Part shown: positions 49,340 through 59,664 of the stretch, piece by piece
Numbering within the stretch: position 1 is the stretch's first letter
Layout of the letters: each line of letters opens with the position of its first letter
NCBI GenBank assembly: GCA_965234725.1
Contig: CBDDUX010000038.1
Location: 8,257 to 72,256 of the forward strand
Direction of reading: 5' to 3'
DNA length: 64,000 nucleotides
From: Thermoplasmatota archaeon
Lineage (GTDB): Archaea > Thermoplasmatota > Penumbrarchaeia > Penumbrarchaeales > Penumbrarchaeaceae
Position numbers and translations under genes: made by a program
The notes under the pieces: model-generated
What the model was told of the DNA's origin: nothing
The model's input: the letters and a program-made list of their open reading frames with translations, nothing else
The model's database searches: none

Positions 49340-50467
49340 GTGGCTATAATTGGTGAGAAGGAGCCCCTCAACATGAATGGCAAGGGAAGAAGTCCAATTG
49401 GAGGTCTCCTCAGGGGTTTTAGGAAGAGACCCAACAGGTTCACCCAGGTACAGAAGTCGTTGAGAAGAAAGGGTGAAGGGAGGCTACCTTTATCATTCTA
49501 TGGAACCTCTGACATTCTAACAAAGGAACAATGGAAGAAGACCATTGAGAGATACAACCCAAGGGAAATGCTGGAGAATCTGGATAAGATAGAGGAGAAA
49601 GCCCTCCTTTCAGGAGCTGGGATCTCCGTTCCTGAGACCTATCTGTTGCTAGAAACCATGGATGACATGGAGAAGCTAAGGGAGTGGTTGAAGGATTGGA
49701 ATGATGGATTTGCTATCAAACCAGCTTCAGGGCACGGTGGGGCTGGGATAAAGGTGATCAACAGGAGGACCGCCGGGAGGTTCATCACGATATCGGGCAA
49801 GGGTATAGGATCCGATGATATCATGGTCCATGCTGAAAGGATCTTGAGAGGTTCCTACACAAGGGGAGAACCGGACCGGGTGATCGTGGAAAGAAGACTC
49901 ATCCTTGACCGATCGCTCAGAGAACTAATGACGCCGGGACTTCTGGATATAAGGGTGGTTTCATTGCACGGTTTCCCCTTGATGGCAATGACCAGGCTCC
50001 CCACCAGAAGGTCCAGAGGAAAGGCTAACATCCATCAGGGTGCAATAGGAGCCGGGATCTCATTATGTGACGGAAGGATCACATCAGCAACCTTGCTTCG
50101 AAGGAATGTCAAAAGGCATCCCACATCTGGCAGACAGATCCTTGGATTCAAGTTCAATATGTGGGAGGATATCCTCGAGGTCGCATCTTTGGCCTCGGAT
50201 GTTTCCGGATTGGGATTCGTCGGAGTTGACCTTACAGTAGATCTCAAAACCAAAGTAACCGTCCTTGAGGTGAACAAGAGGCCTGGGTTAGAGATCCAGA
50301 ATGCTAATAAGGCAGGTTTGAAAAGGCGGATACGCTGGGTGGAATCGATGGTTAAAAAGAGCGGGGATGACATCAAGGCCCTAGGTCCCGGTATCAAAGT
50401 CGAACTCTCAAGAAAATGGGATCAGAACGAATGGAGAAAACCATTGGAGAAGATGGAAGAGGAATGA
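49340..50467 (+). CDS. RimK-family ATP-grasp ligase (alpha-L-glutamate-ligase-like) with basic N-terminal extension
   Basis: FAIKPASGHGGAGIKVI, DIRVVSLHG...ANIHQGA ATP-grasp motifs. Confidence 0.6.
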   Translation: MAIIGEKEPLNMNGKGRSPIGGLLRGFRKRPNRFTQVQKSLRRKGEGRLPLSFYGTSDILTKEQWKKTIERYNPREMLENLDKIEEKALLSGAGISVPETYLLLETMDDMEKLREWLKDWNDGFAIKPASGHGGAGIKVINRRTAGRFITISGKGIGSDDIMVHAERILRGSYTRGEPDRVIVERRLILDRSLRELMTPGLLDIRVVSLHGFPLMAMTRLPTRRSRGKANIHQGAIGAGISLCDGRITSATLLRRNVKRHPTSGRQILGFKFNMWEDILEVASLASDVSGLGFVGVDLTVDLKTKVTVLEVNKRPGLEIQNANKAGLKRRIRWVESMVKKSGDDIKALGPGIKVELSRKWDQNEWRKPLEKMEEE

Positions 50468-51832
50468 TCAGGAGTGATCCTCCGGAGAGCTGTCCACAAT
50501 GAGTCTGATTACCGATCCCCCTTTTAAAAAGAGTATATATCCATATCTATTAAGGCGTTCAAGCGACCTTTCGAGGTCAAATTGAGGTGTTTTCAGATCG
50601 AGATCTTCCCTTTTCAGATCGAAGTTACCTGACTCTTCAGCCTTGGTCCTTAACTGAAAGAATATCTCTCTGTCGATCGGCTTCAACCTGTCCCTCCAAG
50701 GGTGGGATCCCATGGAGGATGTCACCTTCTCCTTCCTCATCCTTCTCTCGATCTCCTCCAGACCCCGTTTCATGAGCTCGCTGAAGAGTTCCTTCCCCTT
50801 TTCAAGTCCCGTGGGTTTTCGTGAAAAACCAGAGCCGTCGAAATGTTTTCCAATGCTCAACCTTGTCAGTGACATGCCAATTCTCAGGGCTGAAAGGGGA
50901 TCTACCGATGTTGCAGAGAAACCATCCCAGATCGCTTCCCTGTGGGCAGCTTTGCTCAGATCTTCTGCCATCTCCGAGATCGCTTTCTCTGTTGGTGGAG
51001 GAGTGTACAATGCAGTAAGTTGATACTCCAGGACATCCAGGTCTACAGATTCCTTCTTGGTCATCATTTCAGCGCTGTTCAGAACAAAAGGCAAATGGAT
51101 CGGGACCTGGACCTTCCTCAAGGTTTTGAGATATTTCACTTTTCTTATGACCGAATATGCGTTCTCGGTTGATCTTTCCTTCTTGAAATCCTTGTAACCG
51201 CTGAGTGAATCGAATATTGAATATCTGTACTGTCCGGAACCCTTCAACCTGAATTCGAGTGGAAGCTGAGAAAGTATGGTATTTGATACATCCATGGGGG
51301 TTCCGGAACCTCCGATCCTCATGGTCTCAAGCCCTTCCGAACCAAGACCACCCTCCCCATATACAGAAGGAGGAGCAGAGACGAAAAGAAGTGAGATAAC
51401 CCTATCAAGAAGGTCCTCATCAGCATATTTCCAGTTGGAAGAGGTCCGATATACAAACTCATCCGCAGGAAGGTTTGGTGGAGGGAGTGGGATCCTAGCT
51501 TCACGGACATCCTGGGCCTCCACTACGGTACGATATTGGGTTTCCATGGATCCATCCTTTCCGGATCCAAAAGGTAGAACTGCCTTCTCCGTCTTGCCGG
51601 GAACTATCTCAACGAACTGCCCCTCCTCTATCTTCCCTGCGATATCCTTCGGAAGAAGATAGACACGACCTCTGTCAATATCTGTGAAGCGGGAGCCTTG
51701 AAGCTTGATCGTGCCTGAATTGATGAAATGAACAAAACCGAAATCCACATGATCCCTGTCAAAGAGCAACATCTTCTCCAGTTTACAGAACTGGGAACCA
51801 AACTCCCTTTCAGATAATCTGAAGGAGGACAT
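50468..51832 (-). CDS. Hypothetical protein (454 aa), possible N-terminal OB-like and C-terminal wH-like regions
   Basis: No catalytic motif recognised. Abuts upstream gene with no gap. Confidence 0.4.
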   Translation of the reverse strand: MSSFRLSEREFGSQFCKLEKMLLFDRDHVDFGFVHFINSGTIKLQGSRFTDIDRGRVYLLPKDIAGKIEEGQFVEIVPGKTEKAVLPFGSGKDGSMETQYRTVVEAQDVREARIPLPPPNLPADEFVYRTSSNWKYADEDLLDRVISLLFVSAPPSVYGEGGLGSEGLETMRIGGSGTPMDVSNTILSQLPLEFRLKGSGQYRYSIFDSLSGYKDFKKERSTENAYSVIRKVKYLKTLRKVQVPIHLPFVLNSAEMMTKKESVDLDVLEYQLTALYTPPPTEKAISEMAEDLSKAAHREAIWDGFSATSVDPLSALRIGMSLTRLSIGKHFDGSGFSRKPTGLEKGKELFSELMKRGLEEIERRMRKEKVTSSMGSHPWRDRLKPIDREIFFQLRTKAEESGNFDLKREDLDLKTPQFDLERSLERLNRYGYILFLKGGSVIRLIVDSSPEDHS

Positions 51833-53065
51833 TCAGATCTTCCCTCCCTGGGACCTTCTCGCACTCCTCCTTTCTGCTCTCTTCATCTTCAGATAATCCT
51901 TAAGGTCGGTCTCAAGGTCGTTGGTTGTCCTCAACCTGTGGAAGTATAGAGCGGAAAGACGTCTAAGGTCAGAATATGAGTCCAGATCAAGTGTCAGATC
52001 CGCTGAGACCGGAGCGACTTTCAGGTCTACCCCGGTGGCTCTCAAGAAGCATTTTTCTGCTTCGGTAATTGCCATATTCCATCTCATTGCCCTTATTAAC
52101 GGACGTCCGAACTTATAGATAAGATATGGATATGTCAATGGGTTTGCACCCATCTTCCTGAGGGAATAGAACCGGTTAATGAACTTCCTGTTGACCCTGT
52201 CGAACCTAGTAATGAACATATTACCCATCATTAGATGTTTTCTTGAATCCCTTTCACCGAAGATCCCAAGATCATCCTTAATAGGGATGCCGAACTTATT
52301 CAGATTTCCGGAACGGGGATGGTTAGGGCCGACAGCCCCCATTGACGTCAGATCGTTCCTCTCGATGAAGACCTTGAGTTCCTGACGGGTTCCCATGCCG
52401 AACCTGATATCCGGGTCTCCAGGCCTTTCAAAGGCCCTTTCCAGGAACAATGAAAGGTTCATGCCGGTCAATAATGGGAGATCCCCACCTATAACAAGCA
52501 TATATTTTCCTTTGTAACCAAGGTCCTTAAGGACCTTCTTTCCGATCAGTATGTTCTCCCCAATGGACTCCCTCTGGTCCTCCACATGGAAACCGGATAT
52601 TTCTGATCTGTCAAGTTCTCGCTGGATCTGTCGCCTGGGGCCGATTATCACAGTCCTGTCTTTATCAAGATATCTACATTTCTGGACACCAAGGAGAACC
52701 TTGGAGATAGGTGCTTCTCCTTTCCTGGAAAGGTATTCCAGCAGGTCCTTCTTATTTCGTTTGTATATCCTGTCCCCGGTCTTCCCTGCGAAGTATAATA
52801 CCCTCTTCAGGAAATTGATATTCTGCTGGGATATCAGGTCCGGGTGGAGATATAAAAGGGTCTTGTTCTCTCCCACAATGTAATCATCCCTGTTGATCCG
52901 GGAAGCAAGACTGGCCTCAAGCTTCTTTTTATCAACATTCCAAAGGCTTGGATGGGAAATGCGAAAGAATACTCCTCTTCTTCTTCTCCTTCTAAGCTGC
53001 CGCTTGATCTTTGCATTTCCCGCCAATACGACTGTGGCGATACCTTCTATTTCACTTACGTCCAT
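51833..53065 (-). CDS. Hypothetical protein (410 aa) with hexa-Arg tract; weak nucleotidyltransferase-fold resemblance
   Basis: VVLAGNAK...RRRRRRG and VIGGDLPLL loosely resemble MobA/CofC-like NTP-transferase motifs. Low confidence. Confidence 0.4.
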   Translation of the reverse strand: MDVSEIEGIATVVLAGNAKIKRQLRRRRRRGVFFRISHPSLWNVDKKKLEASLASRINRDDYIVGENKTLLYLHPDLISQQNINFLKRVLYFAGKTGDRIYKRNKKDLLEYLSRKGEAPISKVLLGVQKCRYLDKDRTVIIGPRRQIQRELDRSEISGFHVEDQRESIGENILIGKKVLKDLGYKGKYMLVIGGDLPLLTGMNLSLFLERAFERPGDPDIRFGMGTRQELKVFIERNDLTSMGAVGPNHPRSGNLNKFGIPIKDDLGIFGERDSRKHLMMGNMFITRFDRVNRKFINRFYSLRKMGANPLTYPYLIYKFGRPLIRAMRWNMAITEAEKCFLRATGVDLKVAPVSADLTLDLDSYSDLRRLSALYFHRLRTTNDLETDLKDYLKMKRAERRSARRSQGGKI

Positions 53066-53203
53066 TCCACATGCTCCGGATCGAAACTATGGACTGGTAT
53101 CGATAATTGATGATATACAATTTGTCTGGGAAATGGGCATATGTGGTCCTGAGACCGTAAATTATTAACCAAGGTATGGAGCTGTTGATGTAGGAGCGGT
53201 GTC

Positions 53204-56200
53204 ATGAAGTATCCCAGGGCTGGTAGATCCTCCATATGGAAGGTGATCGCAGCTTTTTTCCTATTGATCGTCCTTTCGATCCAGTCTATCCCATCTGTTG
53301 GATCAGACATTACCCATATCAGCAGCCCATCAATGAATATCAATGGGAAGACCTCAGAGACCTCAAGAGGATTATCTGACGCGGTAGGTCTGGAATATAT
53401 CGCAATTGGAGAATCAAGGTTCCGGGATGAAATGGAACCTCTTATAGAATGGAAGACCCAGAAGGGCGTGAAGGCAGGATTCTTCCCAATGGATGGGGAG
53501 GGAGGCATTCTCGAAACGTATTCAGGCCGTGATATTCAGGAGAAGATCCGTAATTTCATTATCGATATCTGGACCACAGGTGGAGAAAGCGAAGGTCCCC
53601 TCAAATGGGTCCTGCTTGTAGGTGATGGAGAGATCATTCCCCCACGAAGGACCTTCGTGAACGGAAGTTCCGAATTCGGATCCGAAAATGATGAAAATTA
53701 TGTTCTTTCGGACCTCTATTACGCCGGTCTTACCGGTTCCTGGGATGAGGATTCAGATAATATCTTTGGGGAAGAGGATAGTTTAGTCCAGGAAATGGAT
53801 GCAATAGCAGAGGTCAACGTTGGAAGGTTCCCAGCATCCACTGAAAAGGAGCTTAGGACAATGGTCAAAAGGCAGCTTTCCTACGAGAGGGACCCTGCAC
53901 CGGGATCATGGACAGGATCAATGCTCCTTGCCGGTTCGTTGATGGATGCCCCAAATAACCAGGCATTGTTCGACCCATACAAGGATAACGCTTTCGAACT
54001 GATCACCAAGATCGAGGAAATGCTCCCTGATGACATATCACCATACCCCCTGCTGGACTACCCGAGGCTTGAGTGGGGAGGATATAACAGGATGTTCGAC
54101 ACGCTGAACGAAACATCCTTTACCAAGCATTTTGAAGCAGGATTCTCAACTGTTCTTCTCGCCTGCCATGGAGATATCGATGGGAACTGCACTCACTATC
54201 AGGGGAACAGTGGCGGTAGCTACCCCTACTGGGCAGATTATGGAGTATATTTCAATTATACAACCGCTGAGACGATCAAGAACGGGGAAAGGACTCCTTT
54301 CGTATACATCTCCAATTGTGATTCATTGAACTTCACCGAACCTGATGATTCCAATATGGAACGGTTGATGACAAACCAAAACGGGGGGGCTATTGGTGTC
54401 ATTGGGGCTTCAGTTACAACCTACAGGGGAGAGTATTTCGATGATACCTCATGGGGGAACTGGTGGCTTGCTGAAGAGTTCTTTGAGATATTAAATTACA
54501 ACACCTCAAGACCAGGGGAAGCTTTGTACAAGCTCAAAGAGGATTATGTCAATCATGTGAACATCAAGGACCTGGTACCTGCCGAGATAAGGATGTTCAA
54601 CATTGACAACCTGGCCTACAATCTTCTGGGGGATCCAGAAGTTCCCCTTTGGTTAAGATCCCCTAAGAAATTAAACATAGAATATCCTGAGGAATTTTAC
54701 CAGGGTAATACTTCCATTGAGATCAGGGTGAGGGATGAGGAAACAGGGGCTTTTGTGGATCGAGCAACCGTTTGCCTGATGGACCCAGATAATGGTTCCA
54801 TATACAAGGTCTATAGGTCTAATAACTATGGCGAGGTCCAGATCCCACTTGTAATGGATGACCTTGGTGAACTCCTTCTCACGGTCACAAAGGAAGGATA
54901 TCTCCCCTCTGAGAAGATCATAGATGTGGTTTCTCTAAGGAATGTAAGGATCACGGGAGAACCAACCCTTGACCCATCCATTCCGATATATGGAAGACCA
55001 TTCAGTGTCACTGTCACTGTTGGAAACACGGGCAACTCGATCCTTGAGGGGGTTACACTTTACGTTGAACTCCTGTCCCCCGATACGTCCCAGCGGATCC
55101 AAATACCAGAGGAAGGCATGGGAACCGCATTCCGATTATTATCAGGAGAGATCATCAACAAGACCATCACATTTGACTCGCCATTCCATAGTCTCAATGG
55201 ATCCAGTACAAACAAGCTGACGGCATGGGTGGAGGTCCCCCCTGGGCCTCTGGAGAATGATATTTCGGACAACAGTATCTCAATCCAATTCAGAGCCAAT
55301 GAAGAGCCTTCCCTTATCGGTCTGCCATCAGGCTTCCGGATCCCGGAGGATTCCAGTCTATCTGGGATCAATAAGACCTTGGACCTTTCAGGCCTGGTCA
55401 TCGACGATGATTTTCCCGAGGAGTTGACATTCTGGACATCTGTGATCTCAGGTAATATGACAACGGAGATATCAAAGGAAGACCGTCTGGATGTCATACC
55501 TGAAAATGATTGGAACGGAGATGGGCAGATACGGGTCTTCGCTTCCGATGGTTCTGTGACAGTCAGCAGAATGTTGGGTGTGATCGTTGAACCAGTCCCT
55601 GACCCACCTGTTTTCCGATCATGGCCAGATACCGTGGAAGGACTTGAAGATGAACCAGTAACCTTCCTGATCGAACTGATCGATGTGGATACCAATGATG
55701 GAGATCTGAACTTAACCGCCCCAGGATGGGAGAACATCAGTTTCAAGAGGTTGGAGAACCGGACCTCATTTGTATTCGAGGTTAACCTGACACCAAGAGA
55801 GGAGGACCTGGGTCCGTCGGTCCTATTAATTATTGCAAGGGATGAGAGCAATCTCACTGCTGAGGTCAAGATCAGTCTGGACATCGATACAACGAACGAT
55901 CCTCCTGAAGCAGAGTTCGATCCAAAGATCAGGGTTGAAAAAGGGAAGAGGATCAAGATCCCGATGATGATCACGGATCGTGATAACGATCTGGAGATCC
56001 GTGTAGGAGTTTTGGGACTCATTGTTGCGGGTTACACGTATGAGAACGGATTACTTACGATAACACCTGTTGACGGATTGGAGACAGGGACATATCAGGT
56101 GGACATCTGGATCGATGATACTGGTACAAGGGGTAACAGAACATACAGGGCCGAGATCGAAGTGGTGGATAAGGAGAATAGTCCCATCATCTTGACATTC

Positions 56201-56557
56201 ATCTTGTTGGTCCTTGTAATAATAATTGTCCTGGTAGGTTATGGTGTATTCGTAAGGTCACAGGAGAACAAGCAGAAGAAAATGCTCGACCGTGTTGGGG
56301 ATGAGGTATTACTTTCAAAAATAAAAAGAAAGAAGAAGAGGGGAAAGGAACCGCAAAGAAGTTCCCGAAAAGGTTCCATCGAGGCTCCCCCTGTCCCGAA
56401 TGAACTGGAGGGTGTGCTCGCTAGGAAAGGTATCGAGGAGATCGAATCCGAGGATTGGAATGTTACAGAATATGATGAGGTCACGGCATTCAAGGACCTG
56501 GAATCGGAACTTGAAGAAGTAATAGATGAACTCTATCCCGGTTCGGATGACAGATAA
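53204..56557 (+). CDS. Secreted clan-CD cysteine peptidase (gingipain/C25-like), 1117 aa, with Ig-like repeats, C-terminal TM and KE-rich tail
   Basis: Signal peptide. Catalytic LLACHGDIDGNCTHYQ ... FVYISNCDSLNF His/Cys dyad. C-terminal TM IILTFILLVLVIIIVLVGYGVFV. Confidence 0.65.
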   Translation: MKYPRAGRSSIWKVIAAFFLLIVLSIQSIPSVGSDITHISSPSMNINGKTSETSRGLSDAVGLEYIAIGESRFRDEMEPLIEWKTQKGVKAGFFPMDGEGGILETYSGRDIQEKIRNFIIDIWTTGGESEGPLKWVLLVGDGEIIPPRRTFVNGSSEFGSENDENYVLSDLYYAGLTGSWDEDSDNIFGEEDSLVQEMDAIAEVNVGRFPASTEKELRTMVKRQLSYERDPAPGSWTGSMLLAGSLMDAPNNQALFDPYKDNAFELITKIEEMLPDDISPYPLLDYPRLEWGGYNRMFDTLNETSFTKHFEAGFSTVLLACHGDIDGNCTHYQGNSGGSYPYWADYGVYFNYTTAETIKNGERTPFVYISNCDSLNFTEPDDSNMERLMTNQNGGAIGVIGASVTTYRGEYFDDTSWGNWWLAEEFFEILNYNTSRPGEALYKLKEDYVNHVNIKDLVPAEIRMFNIDNLAYNLLGDPEVPLWLRSPKKLNIEYPEEFYQGNTSIEIRVRDEETGAFVDRATVCLMDPDNGSIYKVYRSNNYGEVQIPLVMDDLGELLLTVTKEGYLPSEKIIDVVSLRNVRITGEPTLDPSIPIYGRPFSVTVTVGNTGNSILEGVTLYVELLSPDTSQRIQIPEEGMGTAFRLLSGEIINKTITFDSPFHSLNGSSTNKLTAWVEVPPGPLENDISDNSISIQFRANEEPSLIGLPSGFRIPEDSSLSGINKTLDLSGLVIDDDFPEELTFWTSVISGNMTTEISKEDRLDVIPENDWNGDGQIRVFASDGSVTVSRMLGVIVEPVPDPPVFRSWPDTVEGLEDEPVTFLIELIDVDTNDGDLNLTAPGWENISFKRLENRTSFVFEVNLTPREEDLGPSVLLIIARDESNLTAEVKISLDIDTTNDPPEAEFDPKIRVEKGKRIKIPMMITDRDNDLEIRVGVLGLIVAGYTYENGLLTITPVDGLETGTYQVDIWIDDTGTRGNRTYRAEIEVVDKENSPIILTFILLVLVIIIVLVGYGVFVRSQENKQKKMLDRVGDEVLLSKIKRKKKRGKEPQRSSRKGSIEAPPVPNELEGVLARKGIEEIESEDWNVTEYDEVTAFKDLESELEEVIDELYPGSDDR

Positions 56558-56603
56558 TCCTTAAATATCAAACCTGCTTGTAGTGACCCCTCGAGGCGCT
56601 ATC

Positions 56604-56822
56604 ATGCCAATAAGACCACTGAACTTGCTCAAAGAATCCCTCTCGAACAGGGTCATCGTTGAACTTAAGGGAGGAAGGGAGTTCAGGGGTACACTCGATG
56701 GATACGACGTCCACATGAACCTTGTCCTGATGGAGGCCGAGGAGATCATGGATGGCGAGGTGGTCAAGAAATCCAGAACCACCATCGTCCGAGGGGACAA
56801 CGTGATCTACATCTCACCATAA
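56604..56822 (+). CDS. Sm-like archaeal protein (SmAP/LSm)
   Basis: [31 protein letters not shown] Sm1/Sm2 motifs, about 72 aa. Track start 56583 (GTG) is likely an extension. Confidence 0.85.
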   Translation: MPIRPLNLLKESLSNRVIVELKGGREFRGTLDGYDVHMNLVLMEAEEIMDGEVVKKSRTTIVRGDNVIYISP

Positions 56823-56834
56823 GGAGGAGCTAAA

Positions 56835-57005
56835 ATGTCAAAGGGAACTCCGGCACAGGGAAAGAGGCAGAAAAGCCTCCATATCAGATGCAGAAGGTGC
56901 GGCAGGCACTCATATCATATGAGACAGAAGGCTTGCTCATCATGCGGATTCGGTAACACCGCAAAGATCAGGTCCTATGCATGGGCAAAGACCCATCGAC
57001 CATGA
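56835..57005 (+). CDS. rpl37e: Ribosomal protein L37e
   Basis: MSKGTPAQGKRQKSLHIRCRRCGRHSYHMRQKACSSCGF C4 zinc ribbon. GGAGG RBS upstream. Not in ORF track (<60 aa). Confidence 0.85.
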   Translation: MSKGTPAQGKRQKSLHIRCRRCGRHSYHMRQKACSSCGFGNTAKIRSYAWAKTHRP

Positions 57006-57022
57006 TCGTTACGTCATACCTT

Positions 57023-58513
57023 TCAATCCCTGAACCCTACTCCTGAAGAAGATAGTACGGTTTCCTTCCATCTTTTATCCAGTGCATTTGATAGAATGAT
57101 TATTGCAACCACTCCAAGAATGATCATGGAAGTAATTCCAAAAAGGGATACGATGGGAAGGTCCACCATAAGGAATGATAACATGGTTGAGAACATCAAA
57201 GGAAGGACCGTGAACACCATATATCTCAAGAATACAGAAGAATCGAAGATCAGTGAATTGGTCCATAATCCTGTCAGATATGCTGTGACGAAACCCATGT
57301 AGGGAACTGCCACGAGGATCAGTGGTACCCCGTACAAAAGTCCCTGAAGATCACCCGTAATGATCGACATTGCAACAAGGAATACCAGGGAAATGGGTAG
57401 GGAGATGACAAGGTATACCCTTAGTTTTACTCTGATGAGTTGGGGTGTATCTATTGGGATCGTCTGATCGAACTCAAGGAAATCGATATTGGTAAGATGG
57501 GTATAGATCGAGATGGTAAAAAATGAGACCATTACCGCAAAGAACGTGAGATTGAAAGATACTGGAATACTCTCCAATCCGGACAGGATACCAATCATCC
57601 CTGACATCACAATAAGTGGAAAAAGTAATGAAAAACCGATCCTAATGTAGGCTTTCCCCCTTATCAATCCCAGAAGCTCCCGTGAGAACAATGAGCGGGA
57701 AACTACATCACGAGGGTATAGAACACGGGACAAGGACATCACATTGTTATAGGACCCGGGTGAGTTGGTCCTGGAACTTCTTTCCCCACCATCGAATACC
57801 AAAGTTCCGATGGTAATATAGATCGATACAAGAAGGATCGTGATCAATATGAAGGTCCATGAGTCATATTCGACAGCTAGCAATCCCGGAACGAATCCTC
57901 TTACATCATATGTTATGATCTGGATAATGATCAGAGGGAGGATGGATAGAGGTACGAAAAGAAGCATTCTTCTTTTTGTGTTGTTTAATGCTGAGGACAC
58001 AAGCATGCTCAGGGAAAGACCAAGGAGGAATGTGGACCATTGCGCAAATGTGATGAGCAGAACCCTGTCGATTGGGATGGGTCTGATGATCAACCCCAGC
58101 AATAATCCTGATGTCATCGGCATCAGAACGAGGAATATATAGAACACAAGGTCATGGAAGAAATAGGCAAGATACATCTTTCTCTCCCCCACAGGTTGGT
58201 ACCTTGTCGATGCAGAGAGCATTGTCACCGGACCAAGCGACCTCTCTATGAACTCCTTGCCCAGGAAAGCAATTCCTCCCATGGATACACCGAACATGAA
58301 AAGAGAACCGAGGACCGCAGTGTGTATCTGTTCATAGGTGAAGGATCCCGCAAGATCGGGAAGGAAGATATATCCGCACATAGCACCGATCAGAATGACC
58401 TCGGGGAAGATTATTAGTGAGAGTGAGGATGAGAAGGATCTTCTCAACCTTATCTCCTCTATGAGGAAAAGTCTCACCAGCTTCCACATGGGGGAAAAAT
58501 AACAAAGGTCCAC
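57023..58513 (-). CDS. Polytopic membrane protein (about 12 TM), hypothetical permease
   Basis: Hydrophobic throughout, 496 aa. Confidence 0.45.
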   Translation of the reverse strand: MDLCYFSPMWKLVRLFLIEEIRLRRSFSSSLSLIIFPEVILIGAMCGYIFLPDLAGSFTYEQIHTAVLGSLFMFGVSMGGIAFLGKEFIERSLGPVTMLSASTRYQPVGERKMYLAYFFHDLVFYIFLVLMPMTSGLLLGLIIRPIPIDRVLLITFAQWSTFLLGLSLSMLVSSALNNTKRRMLLFVPLSILPLIIIQIITYDVRGFVPGLLAVEYDSWTFILITILLVSIYITIGTLVFDGGERSSRTNSPGSYNNVMSLSRVLYPRDVVSRSLFSRELLGLIRGKAYIRIGFSLLFPLIVMSGMIGILSGLESIPVSFNLTFFAVMVSFFTISIYTHLTNIDFLEFDQTIPIDTPQLIRVKLRVYLVISLPISLVFLVAMSIITGDLQGLLYGVPLILVAVPYMGFVTAYLTGLWTNSLIFDSSVFLRYMVFTVLPLMFSTMLSFLMVDLPIVSLFGITSMIILGVVAIIILSNALDKRWKETVLSSSGVGFRD

Positions 58514-58521
58514 TTAACGGT

Positions 58522-59310
58522 TTACCCGTTAATATCCGCAAACGAAGGGTCCTTAAGAAGAGGTAGCAGGTCTAAAATATTAGTGATCGTGGGTGTATTG
58601 ATCTCAACTCCTTCCGGAGGTTCACCATCAGTATGGTATTCTCGTGTGTATACGGCCTTCATCCTGACATTCATTGATCCAAGGATATCTGTCCGGTACC
58701 TGTCACCAACATAGACCGTTCTTTCGGGCCGGATATCCATCTCATCAAGGGCCATTTCAAAGATCTCGGGATGGGGTTTGGTCATTCCCACCTCTGATGA
58801 TATGATCAACGGATCGAAATATCTCTGAAGGTCCTCTTTTTCCAGGAAGGATCTTATTGCCGTGCCATCCATGGCATTGGAGATCAGGCCTACCTTGAGT
58901 TCCGAACCATCCAGGGTCCTTGTTGATCTCAGGATATTTAGAACATATCTAGAGGAGGATCTCATGTTCAGGCAAGCTGAAAAACTATCGGAATGAGTGG
59001 AAGAAAGTCGTTCGAAGAGGTCCGAACCATTATTTGTAAGCTTCTTGAGCTCAGTAGCGATCATCTGACTCCTGTATTCCACCGATGATTCCCACAGTGT
59101 CTCGTCAGCTCTTTTCCTTTCCTGCTTTACAACGGATCTGAATAGTTCCAGAAAGGTCCTGAAAGGGACCTCTTCTTCTGTCAGACCGGATGAACTGTAC
59201 CACCTTACAACAAATTCCATGGAATCCCTTGGAGTAAAGGGAATGAGGGTGTTTCCCAGATCGAATAGAACACCTTCAAAAAGGAAAGCCGAATCCATCC
59301 TATCAGCCAT
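58522..59310 (-). CDS. HAD-superfamily hydrolase (subfamily IA-like)
   Basis: Motif I VLFDLGNTL, motif II LISNA, motif IV VGDRYRTDILG. Confidence 0.7.
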   Translation of the reverse strand: MADRMDSAFLFEGVLFDLGNTLIPFTPRDSMEFVVRWYSSSGLTEEEVPFRTFLELFRSVVKQERKRADETLWESSVEYRSQMIATELKKLTNNGSDLFERLSSTHSDSFSACLNMRSSSRYVLNILRSTRTLDGSELKVGLISNAMDGTAIRSFLEKEDLQRYFDPLIISSEVGMTKPHPEIFEMALDEMDIRPERTVYVGDRYRTDILGSMNVRMKAVYTREYHTDGEPPEGVEINTPTITNILDLLPLLKDPSFADING

Positions 59311-59316
59311 CAGTGA

Positions 59317-59664
59317 TTATCGGGCCTTGTTGAAGTAGTTGGCAAGGTAGGTGAAAAGAGCACCACCAATGATGATCGGCCACGCGACCTCGGGTTTTCC
59401 GTTCTGGGCCTCGTATACTCCCCAGAGAATGATTATCATACCGATGGGAGTAACGAAGTGATAAGCCCATCTCATTAAGTAGAATATCCTAGCAGCAGTG
59501 GATACTCTCCTCTTGGGTGTTGGAGGCGCCTTGGGTCCGCTTACCCCTGTATTCCGTGGTGCCGCTCTCCTTACACCTGCACTAACCCTTTGTTGCAAGA
59601 AATCCACTCCTTTTCTCCGGGTCAATGTCTTAAGGGTAGAATAAGGTTGTTGTCCAAGTATCAA
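59317..59664 (-). CDS. Small membrane protein (2 TM) with basic Pro-rich N-terminus
   Basis: ORF only. 4-nt overlap with upstream gene. Confidence 0.35.
   Translation of the reverse strand: MILGQQPYSTLKTLTRRKGVDFLQQRVSAGVRRAAPRNTGVSGPKAPPTPKRRVSTAARIFYLMRWAYHFVTPIGMIIILWGVYEAQNGKPEVAWPIIIGGALFTYLANYFNKAR

Noticed and set aside
57023-58513. Specific transporter assignment for the 496-aa membrane protein
   Set aside because: Only hydrophobicity is evident. No signature motif I can verify by eye.
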